A DNA stretch of 10,379 nt from Promethearchaeota archaeon (GTDB taxonomy: Archaea; Asgardarchaeota; Odinarchaeia; Odinarchaeales; JBHLKK01): positions 1 to 10,379 of the forward strand of contig JBHLPL010000068.1 in assembly GCA_048939465.1 (NCBI GenBank), written 5' to 3'. A program made the translations under genes and the position numbers. Position 1 is the stretch's first letter. Every line of letters begins with the position of its first letter. A model generated the notes under the pieces. It was not told the DNA's origin. It saw only the letters and a program-made list of their open reading frames with translations, and made no database searches. Of the stretch, positions 1 to 6,477 are shown in pieces.

Positions 1-632
1 ACGTTAATGTTTATTGCCCCCTCCCGCCTAAGATGTGAGGCTATTGATGCGAGTTTTTCCGGTGTAACGGCTACTCCACTCTCTGGATTTTGGGATATAT
101 CGTAGTTTTGGCATTACGCATGGACACGTTGGATGTGTACATTATGCGCGCACTTGAAATTACATCCAGAGAAGAAAATGGTTCCTGAAGGTACCAGAGG
201 CGCTTCCTCACCTGTGTGAAGAAATGCAGACGATACGCGGGCCGTACCATCCACCTGACAAACTCCTTTCTCCCCTTTTCCTCTGTTTATCCTACATCTG
301 TGTTCACAGAAATGACAATCTTGAAGTATTCGATTCGCGATCTCAGTTTTTAGGTCCAGATATGATGTTTCAGGAGTGGCCATGTCTTGCAGCAAAAGGT
401 CTCCTTTGTCAATATCTTTCAGAAAACTCTTGAAACGCTCGTTTAGTTTATCATGCTCTTCCCATAGTTTACTCATTTCCTCTTGTAGATCTATTTTTGT
501 TTCGATTTTCTTGCAGATTAAGAACTTGGCTGGCACCTTGTCTCCAATAATGTCATAATATCTCCCAAGACGTTCTTGAACGACTTCATCTTTCCATACA
601 CGAGCGGCATCTGGTCGAAATATCCGCCACAT
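1..632 (-). CDS. pflX: PflX-like (COG1313-type) radical SAM protein, interrupted by a 30-nt insert at 114-143; 3' part runs off the window
   Basis: Exon 1 (632-144) has CHFCEHRCRINR...GVC and FLHTGEEAPLVPSGTIFFSGCNFKCAH. After the TAA at 116-114 the same frame continues CQNYDISQNPESGVAVTPEKLASIASHLRREGAININ, the expected continuation of this family. ATG at 632 has GGAGGA upstream (644-639), preferred over the TTG at 650. Confidence 0.9.
114..143 (-). other. Putative bulge-helix-bulge (BHB) mRNA intron, 30 nt (AAUGUACACAUCCAACGUGUCCAUGCGUAA)
   Basis: 5' bulge AUA (145-143), 4-bp central helix GCGC(149-146)/GCGU(119-116), 3' bulge AAU (115-113), intron stem AUGUACAC/GUGUCCAU (7 of 8 pairs) with a 7-nt loop. 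Cutting after the 2nd nt of each bulge removes exactly 143-114 and gives TGC GCG CAT TGC (C-A-H-C). Confidence 0.82.
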
Positions 633-727
633 TCGAATTCCTCCTATCAAGTATCCTAGCTTAATTTCAATTTGGGGGAATAAAAAACGTATGTTTCTTG
701 ATTAGGATCGAACCATTGTTGTTAGAC

Positions 728-741
728 AAAAGCTTTAATGG
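728..741 (+). promoter_or_regulatory. Candidate BRE/TATA box for the glycosyltransferase gene
   Basis: AAAAGC followed by TTTAAT (734-739) in the divergent intergenic region. Confidence 0.4.
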
Positions 742-817
742 TCATAGAAGAGTTAGATAGAGACACAACAAAGATAGGCTGTTGGGAACTACATTGGGCA
801 AATCAGTTCTTCGATCA

Positions 818-2008
818 ATGCAGGGGATTCGAGCCTATTTTTCTCCTAATGGTGTAGCCTTAGGTCATGCAGGCAGGTGCGTTCCAATTGCCCAGCAGAT
901 TCAAGGGTACGGTGGACGGGTTCTATTCTCTACGTACGGGGATGCTGTGGATTTTGTAAAAGCAGCTATGCTCCCTGTTGTGAGAGGCCCTGCTATTAGA
1001 TTCGAAGAGATGGGCGACGGCACGGTTGCTATGCTAGAGACTGCCGTCAAATGGCCTAAGCATGTTTACACCTTTATAAGACAGTTGGGAAATGAGATTC
1101 GATTGATTCGTGGCTTCAAAACCGATGTTGTAATATCCGATTCCCGCTTGTCTCCAGTCTTCGCGGCTTGGGGACTGAACGTACCCTGCGTCCTACTCCT
1201 TCACCAACTCAAAATGTTAATCCCACATCGAACAAAACTGACTCCGTTCAAGATGAAACTAAAGGCTTTCGGTGAAAAGATCATTCTTTATGATACGAGT
1301 CTGTTTTGGCACAGAAGCGACATAATCCTTGTTCCTGACTTTCCGCCGCCTTTCACAATCGCCAAAGCAAATCTAGAAATTCCTCAAAAGCTTATGAAGA
1401 ACGTTAGACTTATCGGCCAAGTCATCAGCAAACGTCCTGAGCAATATCCGAGCCGAGAAGAGCTGAAAGAGCAGCTGGGTTTTGATGACCGTCCATTGAT
1501 ATTCGCAGCAATTGCGGGTACTCGGCTTGAGAAAAAACAATTAACCGAGATTCTTGTGGATATCTTTTCTCGTTTTCCAAATGACTACCAAATAGCTATG
1601 ACCCGAGGCATTCCGGGAAAGATCGACGTCCCCGTAATGAAAAGAGATAATTTGAAAGTATACGATTGGGTTAGTGATCGTTATAAGCTTCTTAAGGCCG
1701 CAGACTTGGTTGTTTCCCGTGCAGGACATAACACTATTGCAGAGTGCATGTATTACGGGAAACCCATGATCTTAATTCCTACGCCAGCCCATACAGAACA
1801 TCAGAGCAATGCAGAATCAGTGGAGAGATTGAAGTTTGGTGAGGTCATACAACAACAAGACCTTACTTTTGAGATGCTTATGAATGGTCTAAAGAGTCTG
1901 ATGGACAACGTAGAGGTCAAGAGAAGTATTTCAAGAATTCAAAAAAAGATCCTAAAATTGAATGCGGTTAATACTGTTCTAGAAACCATTGTCAAGTTGA
2001 AGGGGTAA
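818..2008 (+). CDS. Glycosyltransferase, GT-B fold, GT28/MurG-like (MJ1255-type)
   Basis: N-terminal FSPNGVALGHAGR motif. C-terminal LKVYDWV...LLKAADLVVSRAGHNTIAECMYYGKPMILIP...EHQSNA, typical of the GT28 C-domain. ATG 818 is preferred over TTG 782. Confidence 0.88.
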   Translation: MQGIRAYFSPNGVALGHAGRCVPIAQQIQGYGGRVLFSTYGDAVDFVKAAMLPVVRGPAIRFEEMGDGTVAMLETAVKWPKHVYTFIRQLGNEIRLIRGFKTDVVISDSRLSPVFAAWGLNVPCVLLLHQLKMLIPHRTKLTPFKMKLKAFGEKIILYDTSLFWHRSDIILVPDFPPPFTIAKANLEIPQKLMKNVRLIGQVISKRPEQYPSREELKEQLGFDDRPLIFAAIAGTRLEKKQLTEILVDIFSRFPNDYQIAMTRGIPGKIDVPVMKRDNLKVYDWVSDRYKLLKAADLVVSRAGHNTIAECMYYGKPMILIPTPAHTEHQSNAESVERLKFGEVIQQQDLTFEMLMNGLKSLMDNVEVKRSISRIQKKILKLNAVNTVLETIVKLKG

Positions 2009-2095
2009 GAGCTTTAACTCAAGAAGTGCAGCTTAAATCTGATGAATTCTTAAATCTATTATTAATGAGAAGTGCCCATATTTCTGGGGATAATT

Positions 2096-3061
2096 GTGAC
2101 ACGAGCCAAACCAAAGTTTGTCTGCGATTGTATGCTGATGAGGCTAGGTAGATGGCTGAGACTGCTGGGCTATGATACTATACTCTCCAACATTTTGACC
2201 GATGAAGAGTTGATCCGCATAACCTCAGATGAGAATCTCACTCGAAAAATCGAACTTGCTGAGCTATTCTATCACGTCTTTCAGAGATATTCGCTTTGCG
2301 GAGACGTGTTAAGGTGTAAAGACTCGGAACACAGTATTCTGGTTAAATCACCCTGCAGGGAGTTCCATTTCAGAATCAAGACTGTCCCCGGAATTATTGC
2401 CTCGAATGACTATCAGTCAAGGAAAAGCATCTGTTATATTGTTCCAGACGAAAGTTTGGCATCTGCAAAAGGATCATATAGCCTGTCTTCAAAATTCGGG
2501 CGGGAAAACATGAACATGATTCCGGTCAGCAGTATTGGGATGTTCCCATACTTGCTCAGCGTTCTTTCCGACCAGGGAATCTTAGTGCCATGCTGGGATG
2601 GAAAAGATCTATGTACGCTCAAATTGCTTCAGGTTTGGATGAAAATAGGGGAGGCTATGCCAAATTACCATTATGATGTTGATGGTGGAGAGGGTAGGAT
2701 CCTCATTACAAGAGATGTCAATCTCTACCGACGCGCAGTAAAAAGAGGATTAGACGCGTTTTTACTGACTTCAAACCTACACACCAAACAGATTGCAGAA
2801 ATTACCCATCGCTACAATCTGGGCGTTTCTGTGAACCCTGCTCTGTCTAGATGTCCCCACTGTAACGGACGTCTTGAGAAAGCAGAGGACGTTACTAAGT
2901 TGGCGGAATTGATTCCCATTAATACTCTAAAGGCTTACAACGATTTTTGGTTGTGCAAACAGTGCAAGCAAGTGTTCTGGCAAGGAAGAATGTGGTCAAA
3001 TATCATGGATGTGGCAGAACGTGTCAAAGGCTTCAAAAATGAGCTAGAATCCACCTGCTGA
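2096..3061 (+). CDS. Mut7-C RNase domain protein (DUF82-like, PIN-related with C-terminal Zn ribbon) carrying a 153-aa in-frame insertion
   Basis: KFVCDCMLMRLGRWLRLLGYDT...DEELIRITSDE, then after the insert GRILITRD...SRCPHCNGRL...FWLCKQCKQVFWQG. GTG 2096 is preceded by GGGGA (2086-2090); the ORF track start is 2072. Confidence 0.88.
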   Translation: MTRAKPKFVCDCMLMRLGRWLRLLGYDTILSNILTDEELIRITSDENLTRKIELAELFYHVFQRYSLCGDVLRCKDSEHSILVKSPCREFHFRIKTVPGIIASNDYQSRKSICYIVPDESLASAKGSYSLSSKFGRENMNMIPVSSIGMFPYLLSVLSDQGILVPCWDGKDLCTLKLLQVWMKIGEAMPNYHYDVDGGEGRILITRDVNLYRRAVKRGLDAFLLTSNLHTKQIAEITHRYNLGVSVNPALSRCPHCNGRLEKAEDVTKLAELIPINTLKAYNDFWLCKQCKQVFWQGRMWSNIMDVAERVKGFKNELESTC

Positions 3062-3150
3062 TCTTGCTCTAATTCGACTTAACGCATCCTGGCTCAGCCA
3101 ATAATGGGGAAGATAATGCATGCGGCTGTGAATAGTCGTTGATCTGGGGC

Positions 3151-3762
3151 TCATTTCAAAGGTTCAAAATAGTCCTCTGCACCGTTTAATGTTATAGTGA
3201 GAACGTCAATGCCTTCTCCGGAAGCAACGTCTCTCTCACTAGCAGATTTAATGGCTCTAATCGCCAGATCTCTCCCCTCTTTTACACCCATCTCTGGCTT
3301 GTAATCTGCTTCCAAGACACCGATTGCTACCTTAGCTCCTGAACCTACAGCAGCGTATTGATCGGGGACGAGAGACCCCAGCAAATCTAGGGCATACAGC
3401 TTCGCTCCTTCTTCATCTACGCCGGCTACAATCGTCTGCGTTATCAGCGGTGTCATACGTCTGGAAAACAATATGTTTGACATCAATTTTGCAGCAGCTT
3501 TGACAGGTATTTCCTTACGCATCTCCAAAGCGTAAAGATTGGCTTGCGCTATCATGGTTCTGACTAAAATCTGGAAATCTGAAGTTAGGCCTGCACACGC
3601 CGCTCCAATCCTATCAGTTATCCTAAAGACTTTCTTCCCAGTTTTGCTCATTACAAACTGACCGAAAGAAACACGTTTCTCTGAAGCAAGAACAACGCCG
3701 TCTTTACATATAAGACCAATAGTTGTAGCGCCAATAACCCATTGAGGCAACTCTTGTGCCAA
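3151..3762 (-). CDS. psmB: Proteasome beta subunit, probably non-catalytic type (Ala in place of Thr1)
   Basis: GATTIGLICKDGVVLASEKRVS...KKVFRITDRIGAACAG...AAVGSG...AIKSASERDVASG. TTG 3762 is preceded by GGGGTG; the ORF track GTG at 3771 lies within that RBS. Confidence 0.93.
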   Translation of the reverse strand: MAQELPQWVIGATTIGLICKDGVVLASEKRVSFGQFVMSKTGKKVFRITDRIGAACAGLTSDFQILVRTMIAQANLYALEMRKEIPVKAAAKLMSNILFSRRMTPLITQTIVAGVDEEGAKLYALDLLGSLVPDQYAAVGSGAKVAIGVLEADYKPEMGVKEGRDLAIRAIKSASERDVASGEGIDVLTITLNGAEDYFEPLK

Positions 3763-3798
3763 TATATGCACCCCTTATGTTGATTCAAGTCTCTCCTT

Positions 3799-4053
3799 GT
3801 GAACTGCCCCCAGCTTTCGCAAGAGGCTTCCTCCCTTGCTGTCTGGATCGCTATTAAGTCTCCTTTCGAAGTTGTGAACTCTGGGGAGGTTTGGGGCTGG
3901 TTCACTTCCCGTTTTACGCAGCCACAGACTGCGGGACAGCCCTGCTCCTAGGCATATAGCCTAAGAGGCCGTTACCTATATTAATGCACCTAACCGACAC
4001 CCTTCTTCACTTTCGAGGTCGCAGACCTCAACCTCAAATATCCAAAAAGATAT
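3799..4053 (-). mobile_element. Non-autonomous IS200/IS605 derivative: decayed tnpB 3' end plus omegaRNA-like right end, no transposase or nuclease
   Basis: Minus strand ends GAAGCCTCTTGCGAAAGCTGGGGGCAGTTCAC, resembling the IS605 right-end pattern (GAAGCC-hairpin-GGGG-AGTTCAC). Residual frames read CINIGNGLLGYM and VNQP...EASCESWGQFT, reminiscent of TnpB C-termini. Hairpins at 3806-3827, 3945-3967 and 4015-4029. The left boundary is inferred. Confidence 0.62.
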
Positions 4054-4059
4054 TTAAAT
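4044..4059. promoter_or_regulatory. TATA box usable in both directions (AAAAAGA-TATTTAAAT on +; TTTAAATA on -)
   Basis: Most evident TATA-like motif between divergent psmB/IS remnant and DUF504. A purine-rich BRE-like stretch lies on the + side. Confidence 0.5.
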
Positions 4060-4081
4060 GCAACGCAATTCTTCCCCACAC

Positions 4082-4104
4082 TTACGCAAGGGATCCTTGC
4101 GTGA
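4082..4104. repeat. Inverted repeat/hairpin ACGCAAGG-gat-CCTTGCGT
   Basis: 8 perfect pairs (4084-4091/4095-4102) extendable by a U-G and a U-A pair. Confidence 0.7.
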
Positions 4105-4142
4105 ATGGTAGATGAAACTCTGCAGAGTGTAGATCGAGAATA

Positions 4143-4403
4143 ATGGCGATCAAGATGAGAATTCGTGACTTGTTAAATAGGCTGCGTTGGCATCCTGAGG
4201 AGGATATTAAAGACTACGAGATAACATTCATTCATCGGGGCGCGTTTCAGGACAAGAAAACGATACCTGCCAAAGAAATAGTTGACATCCTATCATCCTA
4301 TTTCACTTACAAAGAGCACAAAGAGATTGTTGTAATTCCTTTCCATCGAATACTTGAGATAAGAAATAGGAAAACCGGCGAAGTATCCTGGAGAAAGAGA
4401 TGA
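4143..4403 (+). CDS. DUF504/UPF0248 (MJ1316-like) small protein, predicted RNA-end recognition domain
   Basis: IRDLLNRLRW...YEITFIHRGA...IPFHRILEIR...W-K pattern typical of this family. The start may be ATG 4155. Confidence 0.85.
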   Translation: MAIKMRIRDLLNRLRWHPEEDIKDYEITFIHRGAFQDKKTIPAKEIVDILSSYFTYKEHKEIVVIPFHRILEIRNRKTGEVSWRKR

Positions 4404-4468
4404 GAAATGAATTCTCTAATGCTCTGACCTTTCAGTTTAATTGCTGTGTTAAGAAAAACAATATTGAA

Positions 4469-5512
4469 CTAATAATCTGGAATAGAATAATCTGGGATGG
4501 ACAATTTTTCATCTTGCTTCATCTTTCTTACGGCTAAAACCTTTCCTATGCAGTTTCCAATATTTTCAAATTCCATGCTAGGGCCAGGCAATGTGTGCAG
4601 ATCCGTGTACATTGGGATTCTGACTCTCCTGTATCTCAAACCCTTGCATGTCTTGTAATCAATCCGCCAATTGAGATATAACTGGAATAGATCACGATGC
4701 TTGGTTCTAAAACGCCCCTTTACATCTATTTTTCCATAGCTCCAAGGAGCAGTCTGAATCCGTCTTGATACTGAAGCGGAGGTTATCAAATCTATTGGAA
4801 TCTCCCAATTTGCTTTCTTTGCTCCATCTGATCTGTATCTTATTACTCTCTCAGAAGTAATCAAAAAGATATCTTCATCTACCAGTTCTCTACGTGGTAC
4901 CCGCATGTATAAATCTGCAAAATAATAAATCCATTCATTGGAATGAAGCATATATCGTACATGCGATGAAAAAGACTGATTGATTTCTTCCTGTTCCATA
5001 AGAAGCCTTCTTCTTTGCTCTACAGGAATCTCAAAATCTCCCAATTCGTTCCTCATGAAGTATAGACCACAAGAGTAACAGAATAGCCTTCCGTTTCCGG
5101 TGATTGAAAAACCACAATAGGGGCATCTTTTGCTTTTTAGAAAAACAGAAGTCACCTCAACGCCAAAATTCTCCTCAAATGCTCTTTTAATCTCCTCTCT
5201 CAGAAGCTCTAAATCCTCTCCCACAAGTTTTTTTCCCAAAGCAACCTCCGACCTCTCGAAATACTCTTCATCCAGCCTAGGTCTTTCTTCTCTCCACCAA
5301 ACCTCAAAGTCTTTTCTTGTTAGATTAAGACGGATTTCCCCTGTTTTGATTTCACTTATCATATCTTTAGGAATCATCAGTTTTCCTCTATGTCCTACAT
5401 AGACATCCATAACGATTTCATTGGAGAGAACCTCTCGAACAACACCCAATTGCTTGTCGTCGGCGCTTTTGACTTCATCGTATTTTTCTATTATTTCAGA
5501 GGTCTTTTTCAA
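4469..5512 (-). CDS. Hypothetical protein: PRC-barrel-like N-domain + C4 zinc ribbon + PH-like domain
   Basis: 347-aa ORF with G-rich RBS before TTG. RCPYCG...FCYSCG and DIFLITSERVIRY...WEIPIDLITSASV. The domain calls are pattern-based only. Confidence 0.75.
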   Translation of the reverse strand: MKKTSEIIEKYDEVKSADDKQLGVVREVLSNEIVMDVYVGHRGKLMIPKDMISEIKTGEIRLNLTRKDFEVWWREERPRLDEEYFERSEVALGKKLVGEDLELLREEIKRAFEENFGVEVTSVFLKSKRCPYCGFSITGNGRLFCYSCGLYFMRNELGDFEIPVEQRRRLLMEQEEINQSFSSHVRYMLHSNEWIYYFADLYMRVPRRELVDEDIFLITSERVIRYRSDGAKKANWEIPIDLITSASVSRRIQTAPWSYGKIDVKGRFRTKHRDLFQLYLNWRIDYKTCKGLRYRRVRIPMYTDLHTLPGPSMEFENIGNCIGKVLAVRKMKQDEKLSIPDYSIPDY

Positions 5513-5530
5513 GAAATCCCCCCAGTAATA

Positions 5531-6325
5531 CTAATGGCCTGATCTTATCCTCCTTACATCTCTCGCTCTTTCTATATATTCTTCAACAACCCAAAGGTTA
5601 ACTTCAGGCGAGACATGCTCACCCCCGTGGCGACGGATCTTTACTTCTTTATACGTAGGCCCCCTATTCGTCTGGAAACTAATTCGGAAATAGGTGTAGA
5701 GAAGATCAGAATGCGAGTATGCGTAATCTTTGCTGCTCGGCAGAAACCTCTCAATACCGCTAAATTCGTCATCAAATATGCCGGAGGCTAGAACTGATTC
5801 TATTTTCTCGATGGGAATTATCCAGTTATCCTCTTTTTTTCCTCCGGACTTATGCCTGATCAGTCTTTCAGAGGTAATGATTAATACGTCCTCAAATGTC
5901 CTAGGGGTGAAGGGTTCCAAGCCAAAATGTAACCAATAAAAAAAACCTGCCAACGAAGCGCGAAACTTTCTGCGGTACTGTTTTTTAAAAAAATCAGCGT
6001 AGTAATAGATCCATTCATTGAAATGTAGGATCTCTCTAGATTCTTGGGGAATAGATAGTCTTATCATCTCTTGTTCCATGCAGAGTTTTACTCTTTGCTC
6101 TTTGGGTATTTCATAATTGCCCAAACTATCTTTCATAAAATACAATCCGCAAAAATCACAAAATAACCGCTCTTCTCTCGTAATGAAACTACCACAATAA
6201 GGGCATCTATTATTGTCTATGAATGCTGAAATTGCTTTCCCACTAAAGTTCTCGTCAAATGCTGTTCTAATTTCTTCCCTCAGAAGTTCCAGATTTCTTT
6301 CTGTTGCTTCGGACGGTTTTTTCAA
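5531..6325 (-). CDS. Hypothetical protein, paralog of 4469-5512: C4 zinc ribbon + PH-like domain
   Basis: 264-aa ORF sharing LELLREEI..AF.ENF, RCPYCG..I....RLFC..CGLYFM.D/N.LG..EIP.EQR, NEWIYY.AD, ED...ITSER.IR..S.G.K..NW.IPI with the neighbour. Confidence 0.78.
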   Translation of the reverse strand: MKKPSEATERNLELLREEIRTAFDENFSGKAISAFIDNNRCPYCGSFITREERLFCDFCGLYFMKDSLGNYEIPKEQRVKLCMEQEMIRLSIPQESREILHFNEWIYYYADFFKKQYRRKFRASLAGFFYWLHFGLEPFTPRTFEDVLIITSERLIRHKSGGKKEDNWIIPIEKIESVLASGIFDDEFSGIERFLPSSKDYAYSHSDLLYTYFRISFQTNRGPTYKEVKIRRHGGEHVSPEVNLWVVEEYIERARDVRRIRSGH

Positions 6326-6477
6326 GAACCTCCCCCCAGTAACATATTTTATATTTACTTCTAGGTTAAAAAATATTAGCTTCTATTATATCTGAGAAAA
6401 TATGTCTATTATTAAATTGAGGGGTTGCACATCTCCCCTCACGTTTGTAAAGAATGAATCTCCCCTTGGTGGCCTCT

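Noticed and set aside
112-144. TAATG direct repeat as a target-site duplication of a tiny mobile insert
   Set aside because: Removing one repeat plus the interior deletes 28 nt and does not restore the frame or motif; only the 30-nt removal does.
114-650. ORF-track 178-aa protein as a complete or simply truncated gene; stop-codon readthrough
   Set aside because: The conserved family sequence resumes in frame right after the TAA. Readthrough would leave 12 residues between the Cys ligands, and TAA is not a Sec or Pyl codon.
2255-2560. ACTTGCT(G/C)AGC repeat at about 2255 and 2550, and a hairpin at 2528-2556
   Set aside because: Short, within coding sequence and compatible with chance; no wider fold was supported by eye.
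2234-2692. Intein or group I/II intron as the identity of the insert
   Set aside because: No C/S...HN-C/S/T intein ends, no GUGCG...AY group II ends, and no U-exon/terminal-G group I junction. The TCAGAGAT and other motif resemblances are too weak.
2212-2705. BHB-like pairings flanking the Mut7-C insert (ATCC/GGAT, CCTC/GAGG, TAACCTC/GAGGGTA)
   Set aside because: Predicted excisions of 463, 467 or 484 nt all frameshift. No 4-bp central helix exists for the cut positions I tested (2224-2233) that remove 459 nt.
3651-3905. 84-aa minus-strand ORF as a real gene
   Set aside because: It overlaps psmB in another frame, and its first half is best explained as a tnpB C-terminal remnant.
3780-4040. 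RNase P RNA or SRP RNA
   Set aside because: Lacks the RNase P GAGGAAAGUCC-like and AACAGAA...GGCUUA regions and the SRP helix-8 motif; the end pattern fits IS605 better.
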